A stretch of DNA of 63,677 nt, the filler included, from Octopus bimaculoides (lineage: Eukaryota): NCBI RefSeq assembly GCF_001194135.2. It is 7 parts of 7 records of this genome, joined end to end, with 100 filler letters (N's around TTAATTAATTAA, not from the genome) between each part and the next. Parts side by side here need not be neighbours in the genome. Positions count along the whole stretch, not along the records: positions 1 to 15,112 come from NC_068986.1; 6 more parts are not named here. One strand, given 5' to 3'. Under the pieces are notes generated by a model that was not told the DNA's origin, ran no database searches, and was given only the letters and a program-made list of their open reading frames with translations. Made by a program: the position numbers and the translations under genes. This document shows positions 1 to 13,452 of this stretch, piece by piece (the first letter of the stretch is position 1; each line of letters starts with the position of its first letter).

Positions 1-154
1 GGATCTATTCAATTAGACGTACAGATTATTTAATTAATTTTTTTTTAACTAAACACTTTCAAACTTCCATACTGGTAGAATGTGTCACATAGAACAGGGC
101 TTACTCTTAACGTTTGGACAAAATTTTGTATTTTAGAAGTTATTTCATTAGAAG

Positions 155-1084
155 TTACAGAATGACGATGGTCAAATTCGTGTTTGATAAGTGCCAATAC
201 ACGAAACTCTCAGCTTTTGACTTACTCTGTAACTTCTGCTGATGATATATATGCATATTACATGTTTGTGTAAAAAAATTTCATCACGCAATCGAACCAA
301 TGAAAGAGCCTCTACCTGGTCGCTCGACACTCTAAAAATAGCAGCTAAAGTATCCCCCTACCTAAATAACACGCCCAAATATTCTTTATCATAATCAAAA
401 CACTGTCGCAAATTTAAAAAGGATTGTTGGTGGAAGATGATTTAATGATGGAAGTCAACAATGTGCTTATGAATTTTGGAATTTCAACAAAAGTTTACAT
501 TCGTCAAATATGACGCTGCTAAATGCATTAGATTGCATCAACATACTTGCAACATCTATATAAATGAAATTTGCAACTACAATACAACTCCTGGTTGTGG
601 TAGACAATCATAACTACCTATTGACTTAAAAGAAGAATTGTTTTTGCAACCAACTAATGGTCCTCAACAATTTAAATTTTTGATTACTAAAACCACAACA
701 TATTCACTTACAAAAAGTTGTGAAACATGTTCACTCAATACTAAACATGAAATTACTTCCAGAATTGAATTTCTTCCTGAATTCAAATATTTTGTTATTC
801 ATATTAATAGATTTTTAATTAATCAAAATATTAATATGAAAGAAAGAATCAAATGTGATATAATGAACTTCAGTTCAAAAACGCAGCAAATAATTGGTAC
901 AAATTTTACTCTAAAAGCTGCTGTTACGCATAGAGGACCAACATCTAGAGCAGGCCATTATACCACACTGATTAAAACTAGAGATGATATTTGGGATGAA
1001 ATCAGTGACAACATCATTACAAAAAGACACTAAATTTCCTCCCAAATTGCCTGACATTGTTTTATTATTTATGGATAAAATGTA
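155..1084 (+). pseudogene. Decayed intronless ubiquitin-specific protease (peptidase C19/UCH) catalytic domain
   Basis: Motifs occur in USP order. Weak Cys box LQNDDGQ/NSC at 155-183 needs a frameshift. LKRIVGGR*FNDGSQQCAYEFW at about 408-479 resembles QQDAxEF. Cys pairs CNYNTTPGC and CETC follow. ORF 638-1033 carries YFVIHINRF, the His box AVTHRGPTSRAGHYTTLIK and WDEISD. A frameshifted tail DIVLLFMDKM* ends at 1084. In-frame stops at 438 and 611. Confidence 0.72.
290..395 (+). mobile_element. Dispersed SINE-like repeat (family D) fragment interrupting the USP relic
   Basis: Shares the core AATAGCAGC(T/C)AAA with copies at about 21640, 25357 and 26205. Confidence 0.4.
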
Positions 1085-1212
1085 AAAAAATTTTTTTTTT
1101 TTTTTAATTCAGTGGAATTGTAACTAAAAATTAAATTTAAAACGTAGATTGTATGATTGATTAATGATTATATAGGAACAAAATTCATAAATAAATAAAA
1201 ATTAACGAACAT

Positions 1213-2370
1213 TTTCTGTATGTGTCAACATTTCGTTCACCGCATGCAGTTCTCAGGATACAGCCATAGAGAAAGGATCAGAGCATACAAAGGAGCCATG
1301 AGGAAATTTGAAACTATCATACGTAACGATAGGAATGGGATTTACCCACTCTATAGGAGCAAGTCATGGAACACCATTGAAAGGGCTAAGAAGAAAATAG
1401 GGAAGGCCAACTCATGGTATGATAGCCACAAATACCAGAGGCGAACTGGCGTACCGCTTTCGAAGGGCCCTAGACAAACTTAAGGTAAGAATTAAGGTTG
1501 TTGAAAGGCCAGGTAACGCCATCAAATCCTTAATCTGTAGAACCTACCCTTTTAGTAAAACCCCCTGTACTGATAGGAACTGTACTGTATGTAGATTTAG
1601 CCCACAAACAAACTGTAAAGCCAGGAATGTAGTCTATAGTATAAGGTGTACAGAGGGATGGTGCAGTAACAAGACAACGACGTACGTTGGGGAAACAGCA
1701 CGGAGTATAGGAGAGCGGGTAAATGGGCATTAGAGGGAACTTAAAGAAGAGAAGAGCTCATCGGTTCTGTACCAGTACGCCCAGCAGGTACACGGGGGCT
1801 CGCTCAGCAAAGTAGAAGTTAAAATCTTGTCCACACATAGAACAGACGCAACGCTTAGACAAATTACAGAAGCTACACACATAATAGAAGATAAACCTAG
1901 CCTGAACAGGAAACTAGAATGGAACACTAGCACACATCCCCAACACACCACAACCTATGACAGAATTAGAACCTCATAAACTGATAACAATAGAATATAA
2001 TAAAATACACAGATAAGCAAATGGAATTAAATAATTATATACATTAACAAAATAAATTAACTTAAATACAAAAAAAAGAAGAATAGAAAAAATAAGTAGG
2101 TATAAACACATGAACAAAACAAATAAAAACAAATTAAACGAACGTGTATAAACAGGGGATACTGATAATACAGGCACATTCCCCCACACTCACACACTTA
2201 CTAAACATAGACACACAAAATAAAAACACATACAATAGGAATACAAAATGGCTGATCATTAGTAAGGAAAGACACAAAACAGAAAGAAGCAAAGGACCAC
2301 TGATGAGGCCACAGAAGTGTGACGAAAGAACTCTGACCGAAATACGATTAATATAAAATAAAGCTGAAAC
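1213..2370 (+). mobile_element. Penelope-like element, 5'-truncated: RT C-terminal region, GIY-YIG endonuclease and 3' pLTR region
   Basis: RMQFSGYS...PLYRSKSW, then a frameshift into NCKARNVVYSIRC...YVGETARSIGERVNGH. Premature TAG at 1731, read-through RQITEATHIIEDKPSLNRKLEW, natural stop at 1977-1979. A-rich 3' region contains a hammerhead-like motif. Confidence 0.9.
2294..2338 (+). ncRNA. Degenerate minimal type I hammerhead ribozyme in the PLE 3' end
   Basis: GG(AC)CA-CTGATGA-GGCCACA GAAG TGTGAC-GAAA-GAACT-C-TG(A)CC. Core boxes are intact; stems I and II are imperfect; predicted cleavage after C2333. Confidence 0.45.
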
Positions 2371-2455
2371 AAATGAACACCAAAATTATAGTGCATGTGT
2401 TTTATTGGCGACATGACCGTCCCCAAATACAACAATATATATATGTATATACATG

Positions 2456-2486
<31 letters not shown>

Positions 2487-3932
2487 NNNNNNNNNNNNNN
2501 NNNNNNNNNNNNNNNNNNNNNNNNNNNNNNNNNNNNNNNNNNNNNNNNNNNNNNNNNNNNNNNNNNNNNNNNNNNNNNNNNNNNNNNNNNNNNNNNNNNN
2601 NNNNNNNNNNNNNNNNNNNNNNNNNNNNNNNNNNNNNNNNNNNNNNNNNNNNNNNNNNNNNNNNNNNNNNNNNNNNNNNNNNNNNNNNNNNNNNNNNNNN
2701 NNNNNNNNNNNNNNNNNNNNNNNNNNNNNNNNNNNNNNNNNNNNNNNNNNNNNNNNNNNNNNNNNNNNNNNNNNNNNNNNNNNNNNNNNNNNNNNNNNNN
2801 NNNNNNNNNNNNNNNNNNNNNNNNNNNNNNNNNNNNNNNNNNNNNNNNNNNNNNNNNNNNNNNNNNNNNNNNNNNNNNNNNNNNNNNNNNNNNNNNNNNN
2901 NNNNNNNNNNNNNNNNNNNNNNNNNNNNNNNNNNNNNNNNNNNNNNNNNNNNNNNNNNNNNNNNNNNNNNNNNNNNNNNNNNNNNNNNNNNNNNNNNNNN
3001 NNNNNNNNNNNNNNNNNNNNNNTATATATATGCATACGTATGCACACACACACACACACACACACATATTTATATATATGAGAGTGAGAGAGAGAGAGAG
3101 TATAGGACAAGGCATGAAGCAAACTCATAAAGGAGAAAACGTGAGTGTGAGCAGGCACGCACGCACGAGTGTGTATGCGTGTATCTCCAATACGCATTTG
3201 TGGGTGTGATTAAATGCATTTTTCGTAGTCTGTACGCTTGTATTTGTGAGTATGTGCATGTGCATACCAAACTCACTCAGAGTGCTTATGTTTATGCAAA
3301 TTTGCATGTCTATGGGTATGTCGGAAAGTAAAATATGGGAAATCCAAGAAATGGTGATTACATATGTTTGCGTTAGTGTGAGTGTATGTGCGTATCACTG
3401 GGTGTGCGCGTGCGCGTACCTGTATGAATGTGTGTGCGCGCGCGCGTCGCTGAGCAATCATTCACATATTCATATATCTAAGTAATTTCATATTTGTGAG
3501 TGAAAGAAAGAAAAGTGGAGACGGAATATGTGTGTATGCACTCGTATATAAGCAAAAATATCAAAAAGTATTGTGTGTATGTATGTGTGTGTGTGTCTGT
3601 GTCTGTGTGTGTCCGTGTGCAAGTTGCGTGCGCGCCTATGAGAATTAAAACACTTCTCCTTTGAGGACTGTTAAATTCCAGATAAAACACTTAAGATATT
3701 TGATCTCACACAGATTTTCAATGTTGCCAACACTTTGAGTCAAATAAGCGAATTATCTTGACCTGGTTTCCTTCTTTTGCTGAGATTTGACCCCTATCAA
3801 ATCCACAGCAAACCACGCTATCCAACATTTCAGCAAAAAGCCTAAAATATTTCGAGGCTAGAGCTCTTCTGATTTTATGTATTGTAATAATACATAAATA
3901 TATACATCCATTCATCCATGGCGGTGGGCAAC

Positions 3933-4017
<85 letters not shown>

Positions 4018-4018
4018 G

Positions 4019-4059
<41 letters not shown>

Positions 4060-4060
4060 T

Positions 4061-4105
<45 letters not shown>

Positions 4106-4424
4106 ATTGTAGTTTCGAACAAATATATTTCTTATCTCTCTCTCTCTCTCTCTCTCTTACTCTGTCTCTCTGTTTATCTCTGTTTCTCTCTGTCTTTCTT
4201 TCTTTCTCCATCCCTCCCTCTCTCTTTCTCTCTCTCCATCCTCCTCTCTCTCTTTCTCTCACAACACAAGATGACCGCGGGTCGAAACACAGTGGACCCG
4301 GTTAAAGGATAAGTCATCATCAATACATGTGCCATGCATGCGCACACACACATTTGTTTCATATGTGTGTGTGTGTATGTATGTATATATATANNNNNNN
4401 NNNTTTATTTATTTATCAAACGAG

Positions 4425-5370
4425 GGAAACGGAAAATGGAGTTCACTGAATCTTTATTCATCACAATGATCGTTTCGACCGATGTTACATCGCTCCCTTG
4501 CAGGTAGGATACTATACAATTGGTTGTGTTGCATTCCTCGGTGCAGATATATTTCCTCGGGAGCCTTCTTAAAAAGTTACCTCGCTCAATATATTCGGTT
4601 TCGCTTTATTTAGATTATACAGCATGTTGTTATTCCCAGTAGGCTGTTGGCTATAATGACATGAGAGGGATACAGTTTCCTGGTAATCAACAGTTAATGA
4701 ATGTTCTTGTGAATTCCATTTTCTGTTTCTATTAATTGTTATACACTAAACGAAAACCGCAGAATTCCTGAGGTAGATCCAGTGACATTTATATCAAAAC
4801 TGCGGATGACATGAGGTAGCCATAGGCAGTGAAAGTGCTTTAATAGGCATACTATTAGGTTTAGATAATTACTTTCACCCGGGTTCGCGTCTGCGACTTC
4901 TAAATTTGCCGCAGCACCCTCCTACTTGACCGGGTATTAGATAGTAACCGCGCCGGCGACTGCACAATCTAAAATTTTAGATGCAAGGTTATTACCTGTA
5001 CAAATACGCTTGGGGCAAATTCGCAGGGTTATTACTGGTAATCCTCAAAAATCCTCAAAATGTTCAATGCCTATCTGGTTTTATATCAAAGTGACCTTCT
5101 CCTAAAGATAAGCTTTAACAAAAGCTAAGGGATGACTCACTCCCAGTGGTCTTCCAGCACAAAACCCAGAATTTTTTAGGTCTTGTGCAATTGGTAGATG
5201 GTCGTTGAGCCTACACTAGTTTCATCCGTCCTTTTGACAGACCTTGTTTTTAGTTCTACTGGGTTTCTAACAAGCCTCCTCGTCAGGCAAGCCTAGTGTT
5301 AGTGCCGGTTTAGTTGCCGACGACTCGACCATGCCTCTGATTGTACTAGATTCCATGTTACCAGTAGCAT
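4425..5370. mobile_element. Unclassified old dispersed-repeat-like sequence
   Basis: Non-microsatellite, moderately GC-rich block. The minus strand near 4470-4505 has a decayed hammerhead-like hairpin followed by AATAAA, as at a retroelement 3' end. Confidence 0.25.
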
Positions 5371-5466
5371 TCCTGAGAGCTCACATACATACACACATAC
5401 ATACATACATATTAGATATTAAGAGGGAGCGAGAGAAAGAAAGAGGTTTCGGTAAACAGCAACCGG

Positions 5467-5536
<70 letters not shown>

Positions 5537-5719
5537 AAGTTCTTTTTTTGCTTTTTTTTTTTAATGGTGTTAGCTATTCCCGGTTTAATTTTAGATTTAG
5601 AAATTAATTTTCTTAAATAAAATATTCTGTTTCTTTTTAATTTGATCATTTTCATCTTAGATTTCGCAAAAGGGGGTAAGTTTCAATTGTTGGCTATTTT
5701 AAATGTTAAGTATTTAAAT

Positions 5720-6465
5720 GTTGACTATTTTTTGTTTATTTTGGGATTTAGAATTCTTATAAAGTATTCTTCTTTTACCTAATGTAGTTGATTATTTTCA
5801 CCTTTTATTTTGTAAAATATCTAAAATTTTCCATTTGCACAAATGTCTAGAAGTTAACTATCAGGAACATTTCTTAGAGATGAATCTTTAATTTTTTGTT
5901 TATGCAGGTTTACATGACTGGATAGTTTTCTCCCTTTTTCTCTAATGTAATTCTCATTGTTTGTGGGCATGCCATGCAGTACATGAGATTTCTTGTTTTG
6001 CAATTTATGTTTGCATTCACTTTCAGTTCCCTCCTTCTTTTGAATCTTTTGACTGTTCCTTGCTCAATTATTTCACACGTCCAACAACAAAGGTTTCCAC
6101 ATTTTGTTGCTTGCATTATTTCTTTTTCCGATGTGAATCTCGCCTCNNNNNNNNNNTCTTTTGAATCTTTTGACTGTTCCTTGCTCAATTATTTCACACG
6201 TCCAACAACAAAGGTTTCCACATTTTGTTGCTTGCATTATTTCTTTTTCCGATGTGAATCTCGCCTCTGTTAAAAGTCTCTTGAAATTTGGTGGTCGTCT
6301 TCAGCTGTTGATAATTTCTGATTTTTTAATTATTTGTTGGAGATTTGATGATTAATGTGGAATTAAGAAGCATCGTTTGGTTGAATGTAGGATGTTGTGG
6401 ATCTTAGGGTTATGGGTTACTACAAATGGAATAGCATTTATTTTTATTTTCGTTTGGAATAGTAC
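5720..6465 (-). mobile_element. Penelope-like element fragment, second lineage (linker plus GIY-YIG)
   Basis: Minus strand reads PFVVTHNPKIHNI, RRPPNFKRLLTEARF, CGNLCCWTCEII, NINCKTRNLMYCMAC and, at the end, KEEYFIRILNPKIN. Multiple stops and frameshifts. Confidence 0.82.
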
Positions 6466-6859
6466 TTGTATGTATGTATGTATGTATGTATGTATATATG
6501 TACGTATGTATGTATTGTAGTATGATGCTACAGTATAAGTATTTCTAATACGGAAAGAAGACCACACCTACGGCTAAGGTCCAGTCGATAATAGTCCTAC
6601 ATATAAAACTTACACAGAAACCGCGGAGAAACAACTTCAAGATGAGATTTTATGTACACTAGAATGCCTATAAATACAAATACTCGGAAAACAGATCATC
6701 AATGAATTTATCAAAACAGGTGTGGCATTTGAAAGGAAAGGGTTCTGACTCTTACAAAATCCAGTAATCTATCTAGGAAAGAGCAAACCCATACGGGTAT
6801 GCGTCGCATGGGAATAAGTGTTATACTACATGAACAATATTTTAACCTGTTTCAATACA

Positions 6860-7900
6860 AATCGGCCTTCAGTCGCAAGTCTCAGTTATTGAACTGTTGT
6901 AGGAATTTTTTGAAGTTTCTGATTTCAACGCCATTGTTATCGAACGATTAATATATTAATCTATTATATATTGCCACTTCTGCTTTTACTTACGCTTCAC
7001 TGTTTCTACCATAACTTCGAATGTCACGGACGTATTATGCTGAGTTTTGTAATTTTGAATTCAAATTCTTTCTTTCCGACTTTCGCATTCGATCCAAATA
7101 AAATTTTATAAGAATTTGTTGATGTTATCTTGATGCATTTACATTTGATATAGCCTTATATCGACTATGATGTATGTTATACACACGTTCATTATATTAT
7201 ATCATTGTACTTTATTTTACTACTATTATTTTTTAAATTACCACTCATACCCTGAATTAATAGAATTTTTTTTTTACATATCTCCAGATACATTTTTTTG
7301 TGTCCTTACATATTTCGAAATTGGATTGCTTTTGTTTTATTTTGATCGGCCTATTTTCTGTATCTGCGGATTGTTGTTTTTTTTTTCCTTCCTCGCTTCC
7401 TTTAGTAATAATATCTTTAGATCTTTAGCTATCTAATTCCTCAATATAATTCATGCTTTCCAATCGCTTTTCTCTCACCAATGTATTCTACTTGTTTATC
7501 CATATTTGATACAAATTCTTTAATGTAATTTCTAGTATCTTCTAACTCAGCCACCAGCTATTTTTTTTCTCCTTTTTCCGATTTTCGTTCCTTTTTGTCT
7601 TCAACATTTTCTTTTCTGCCCTGCCTGCTATGGACCCTCCGCTTTCCTTTCTTTACAGCAAGTTTATGAATTTATTTATATATTTATTTGTTTCTTTTTC
7701 GCGATACTCATTTGCCCTTGTCTGAATTTTTCATTTTAATATCTATTTTTCCGGCATATATTCTTTCCAAACTTTTTTGATTTGTATACAATTTCCTTTG
7801 CTGCAATTATTATACCTGTTTCCATACCAATCGTTTTACATTTTATTTGCGACTGGCTTTTTAATGTTTATAAATTTTTTCATTAACGGTCAATTGTTTT
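6860..7900 (-). mobile_element. Highly decayed LINE (RTE-like) fragments
   Basis: Traces such as LFGSNAKVGK (cf. GDFNAKVG), INILIVR*QWR and IIAAKEIVYKSKK. The pieces are not collinear. Confidence 0.28.
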
Positions 7901-9506
7901 CATCTGATAGATTCTTGTTATTTTGAAAAGTAACAAATCCATGTCCAAACAGTTTTAAGTGTTTATTTGATGAGTTACTAAATAATTATTACTGCACCAT
8001 ATTTCAACACTTATAAACCATGAAATTTTTAAAAAAGACCCTTGACTGTCTGATGATCGGTTACATGGAACAATGAGTAACAACTTCTAAAGTTGTTTTT
8101 AAACTTCAGATATGATAACATACGTTTTGATTATGGAACAGCGATCGTATGTAGTAACGCACTATGGTTACGTATATATCAATAATTATAAAAGACGATC
8201 ACAATCATAAAAACCGTGTGCTACAATCCTTCATCTTCGACAAACGTCAACAAACCAATATCTCAACATGTTAAGAGGTTAATTTCCTCCAAAACACGAG
8301 TGCAGAAACATCTTGATTACAACATAGTATTACGAACTTCGCCAGCATAACAAAATCCATGGATAATTACAAAAATATTAATAAGGAATTATTAAATAAT
8401 ATGAATACAGCTGAGAACAGAAATGCAATTTTCACTCTTATACTGTATGCTCAGGCTACGGGAATTGTTTGGAGAAATGTTACATATTTAGCCACTATCA
8501 TATCAAATATTCACTAAAGTAGCATTTAAGAGCCTACTCCATCTGCATTAAAAAAAAATGAGAAACCATACTAATTAGAAACTATACTAATTTACAAAGT
8601 TGTCATATAGAATTCATTTTTTTATGCCCTCACAAGCGAAGGCATCTACTAAAATATCTTTGAGGCATTCTAATAATAGTAGCACATATCCCCTTTTAAT
8701 TAATTTTCGTTTTTAGTTTAAAAGCTTCTACATTCTCTTAAAATAGTGTTCTTCATTAAACTGAATTAATAGAATTAGCTGAAACTCTTACTATTAAGTT
8801 TAGGAAAATAATATAACTGTTTTAATAATGCTTTAATAATGTTTTAAAAATCCATTTCATGTCTATTTTCTACTTATTTTCCATTCTAAATGCAAACCAG
8901 GGGGAAAAAATTCATTAAATGAAAGTGGCCCACGCTTGCTTATAAAGTTTATAAGTGTTGTGATGAGACTTACGACGCCCCTTTGCAAGAGATAGACTGG
9001 TCCGAATAAAGTACAAATAGTAATGCTGTTATGACCTTAGTGCCAAATAAAGAAATCGGTGTCGGTTGGTTAGTTCGCAAGGAATATTGATCGTTGGTTC
9101 GTAAAGAGATTTGTTAGTTCGTTATATTGTTTTTACTGTTGTCTGTTTTATTTTATTTATTGTACTAACAAATTATGTTACGACATCAGGCGACGAGTGC
9201 TTCGAAGCTCACGAGGTTATTTTACAATTTGCTCGTGATACTTGTTAAATAATGGAAGACCTATTAATTCCCATAGTACAGTTTGCAAAAGCATCAGCAA
9301 GAGCAGCAACAGGAGTTGCAGAAGCAACTATTACAGCAACAACTACAACAACAACAACAATTATTGGAGTAAGATATATTTGTGTTATTTGAAGTAGGGT
9401 ATCCAGAAGAGATATCTCCGGACGAATCCCTCGGTTAATTTGGCTTTTCGTGATGTATTTGCATATTTGCATCGTGTGATACACAGATGGCTCTCTCTTT
9501 TTTATC

Positions 9507-9571
<65 letters not shown>

Positions 9572-10082
9572 AGTAGCTACTGTAGATTAACAAGTAAATA
9601 TATATGGATAGCCAATACAAGTACATTTTAGCCTTTATATCCGCAAACGCGGACACAAGACACACACGCCAACAGATATTCATACACATTCACATGCATA
9701 TATTAAATAATTAAAAATAAGCACATATAGACAAACACGTACATACACACACACACACACACACTTATACTAACCAACATAAACAGAGATATTGTAGAGC
9801 AATGGGAACTAATAATGCAAGGATGATTGGAAAAATCATCATTGTCATCAAAACTATATGTAGTAATAAAAACTATTGGTAGACTCTGTATTCTAGTAGT
9901 GAGTTCTCTGTTGTGTAAATAGCAATGTTATGTATATGAATATAAATATAAATAAATACTCACACACACACAAAGAGGGAAGAGAAAGAGAAAGAGAAAG
10001 GGAGAGAGAAGAAACGGGAGGAGAGAGTGAAACAAGGAAATATCAGAAGCATAAATAGATATATTCACACACACACACACAT

Positions 10083-10126
<44 letters not shown>

Positions 10127-10142
10127 ACACACNNNNNNNNNN

Positions 10143-10182
<40 letters not shown>

Positions 10183-10339
10183 GTATAAATGCAAGTAGAA
10201 TAAACAGCTAAGGTAATTCCTCATGTATGACAAGTAGATTCGAAAATTGTTCAAGAGAATTTTAAGAAATTCTGAGAATAAGACAACAAAAATACGAATG
10301 GAGAAAATCATATCTCTAATTAATGATTCCAAATTTCAG

Positions 10340-11150
10340 TCAAATTTCTGATGATTGAACGCAAAAATTTTATATGGCAATTAAATAATTTCCCATATTT
10401 ACTTGAAGGTGGTAAATATTTATCTAGTGCAGCAGAGAATTTCCTAGGAATATTAGTAGCTATGGAGTATGTAAATGGCAGAAATTTTAACAGCACACAA
10501 GAAACGGAGAATTGTGGAGTATCTCAAAATCTATAAACAAGAGTAGAATCGATAGTGTGAATTCTGAAATTTAATGACAATTTTCCTGAACTAGATTTTG
10601 ATACATTAAGTAAAAGTAATTCCAACCTAGTTTCAATATTGGTTATAATACTAATAATAATCCTGCCTTAACAGTTAATTCTGAAGAGGACTAGTAATAA
10701 TTCTTCTAACCATGAGTACCAAATACAAGTGAATAAATGCCTGTGTAATTGTAAAAACAAAATTATCTGTCTTTTAGAAAATCAATGTTTAAGGAAAAAT
10801 ATAATGTGTCAATATAAAGTAATAACAGGAGATCATAAGTATTATAATATAGGTCCGTTTGCTATTATTTGGAAATCTAAACTTTATAATCATTTTCATT
10901 CATTTAAGTATAGAAGAAAAGGTAATTCTATAAATCTTAGTAAATATATTTGGGATTTTAAAATAGGAACATTAAGTATGATTTAAAATAGTCCATTATT
11001 AGTTATGTATTATCGTACAATACTGGTAATTCTAAATGTGATCTTTGTCATGAGGGAGTGTATTATATAATTACCTCTAAATTAATATTATTAAATTATG
11101 ATGGTAATTTTACATTGAAATGTCCTCACAAATTTAGTAAAGTATTTAAA
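10340..11150 (+). mobile_element. Penelope-like element fragment, third lineage (Cys-rich GIY-YIG)
   Basis: RKNFIWQLNNFPY (cf. RNIIWFNPPF), CNCKNKIICLLENQCL, YNIG, NHFHSFKY...LSKYIWDFK, and downstream CDLCHE...LLN...KCPHK. Confidence 0.78.
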
Positions 11151-11733
11151 TATTTCAGTTCTTAATTATAATTGCTTTTTATATAATATGATGTCCATAA
11201 TTTTTCTAAAAATGTTTAACTTATTTAATAGATAGGTAACTCATTTTCGTGACGTAGAATCTCTATGTTTCTAATTGTCGCAACGTAGAATCCATACGTT
11301 TATTTTTTATTCTTTCGTTATCCACTGACGTCAGCAAAAGTTGAATACCAAACTAGCTTTTTTTTAGAATATTATATTTCTTCTTAACGTTCTTTTCGTA
11401 TGTGTTCGTCTGCTAGAGATATTTTCTTAGTTCACGTGTATTTTTGGATATGTCAATTTGAATATTTTCTGTTTCGAAATATGTTGGCACAACAGAAACG
11501 ATCGCCAGTATTGTAGAGTGGAATCACCAATTAAAAAATGCTCGAAATGATAGGTAGCCGACAACTGTTGAAGGGTCCTTTTTCTGCTTGAACTTGTCCT
11601 GTTTTCTTTTTTTTTTTTCTCGTTGTTTAAGTATTTCATTCGTTTTTGTCCTGTAATTACTGTCCAGGTTTTGCATCTGTTCCTCGTGTGCATGCTATTT
11701 GCACCGTTGGTGACGTCATGTACCCATATATGC

Positions 11734-11777
<44 letters not shown>

Positions 11778-11784
11778 TTATATT

Positions 11785-11823
<39 letters not shown>

Positions 11824-11874
11824 ATATGTATATATATGTATGTATATATTATATTATTTATATACGTATATACA

Positions 11875-11946
<72 letters not shown>

Positions 11947-12449
11947 TATGTACACATACATACATACATATACACACACACACACACACACACATATGTG
12001 TGTGTTTGTGTGTGTAGTTTCGACATGTGCATATCATACTAAATCTATCAACGGTGTCTTTTAATATTTAATATGTTATATAGATGGTCATTATAATTTA
12101 ATGCTATTTCAAAAGCGTTCACCGAGTTCTTTATAGTGCAGCAAGTTGTCTGCAGTGCCAGTGAACGCATTATTCAATGTTCCTGTATATCGAAGCACGA
12201 ATTTTATCTTAGCAAAAGAGAAATGGTTGCATGGCATTAACAAACCCTAAGTTGACCGAAACACATGTTGTTTTTATGAGTTGCTGCTGCTTCATTGTTC
12301 GCCTCGTTTCAATGTATATTATGTTCTTAACAGAACATATCTATGAGAAAAGTTTTCTCTTAAACGAAAACCACAGCACCCCTTTCAACGGTATATATAT
12401 GTTTGCTATGATGCATAGATGGCGATTTTAATTTAATAATTTGCTTTAG

Positions 12450-12700
12450 TCATGACAGCTAAGACAATGTGGGAACACCTTCTTAAGATTTAGTTTCCAT
12501 GCATCGTGTGTTGTTTCTTTGCATGGGCTTTTTAGTACCATACCATCTCAGTTTGTGGATCAAATAAGTAATGGGGGTACTCTGCTTTGGATGTAACTTT
12601 TTGTGGCTGCCTAATCTAGGTTGCTCCTGAGATATGCATCTAAATACACTTAAAAGTCTCATGGGAATTATTTAAAGAAAAAATTATGGCATTTATCACA
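12450..12700 (-). mobile_element. Decayed RTE-like LINE C-terminal fragment
   Basis: Minus strand IHKLRWYG resembles the LRWYGH motif downstream of RT. Confidence 0.3.
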
Positions 12701-13322
12701 GGATCATTTTTAAGCTAACGAAAGTAATTCTATCTAGTTCATTTTACTTTTAATTTGAAATTAAACCACGCGGAAACAAACTAAACCATTAACATATTTA
12801 TTCTTTGCAGCGCTGTTAAATATTTTAACCATTGCAATAATTAATTAGATTTTAATTTTTATTCAGTCCTGTTATATATTAAAATTCATTTATGCTTCTT
12901 TACGACTGTCAAATTATGTGGCGTAAGGTGTCTAATTATAACAAAATGCGATAATTTGCTTATTTTCAGTATTTCAGATCTATTTAGACAAGCAGGACAT
13001 TTCAAAAGACGTCTAAATATATATATGTAATATATACATACATACATACATACATACATACACACACACGGAGTAGATAAAACAGGGGACAACTGATGAA
13101 GGGAAAGTTCTTTATGTTGCCTGTCTCGTTTCTTTCGTTGTTCGAAAATAAGTTCGTTTTCTATGTTTTTGTGTTTTTTTTATGTTCTCGTTTCTCATTG
13201 TGATTAACGTTTTTTGATGTCTTGAACCCATATATGCATGTATATATACATATATATGTAGGTATATACATATATGTATATATGCATATATTTATATATT
13301 ATATATGTGTGTATATATATAT

Positions 13323-13452
13323 ACGACGGGTTTCTTTTAGTTTCTGTCCACCAAATTCACTCACAAGGCTTTGGTCAACTCGAGGTTATAATAGAAGAGA
13401 ATTCCCCAAGGTGCCATGCAGTAGGGCTGAGCCTGGAACCATGTGGTAGGGA
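13323..13452 (-). mobile_element. tRNA-derived SINE family A, partial
   Basis: Matches the fuller copy at 29084-29402 (ACGGG..TCTTT.AGTTTC...CACTCACAAGGCTTTGGTC...CAAGGTGCCA.GCAGT). Confidence 0.8.

Noticed and set aside
2259-3276. Long overlapping ORFs (also at about 25500, 29700, 41300, 43500, 46100, 47200, 53070, 55870 and 57890)
   Set aside because: They are open only because they cross N-gaps and dinucleotide/tetranucleotide microsatellites.
4465-4505. Hammerhead-like hairpin on the minus strand (stem GAGCGATG/CATCGGTC then GAAAC)
   Set aside because: The core reads CTGCAAG and stem I cannot form; at best a dead relic.
6036-6267. Exact 111-bp tandem duplication
   Set aside because: The two copies flank a 10-N gap, the signature of unmerged overlapping contig ends.
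10729-11130. Possible selenocysteine-coding PLE (as described for some Naiad elements)
   Set aside because: All visible Cys positions use TGT/TGC. The TGA seen in the sister fragment near 39386 replaces a Trp, i.e. ordinary decay.
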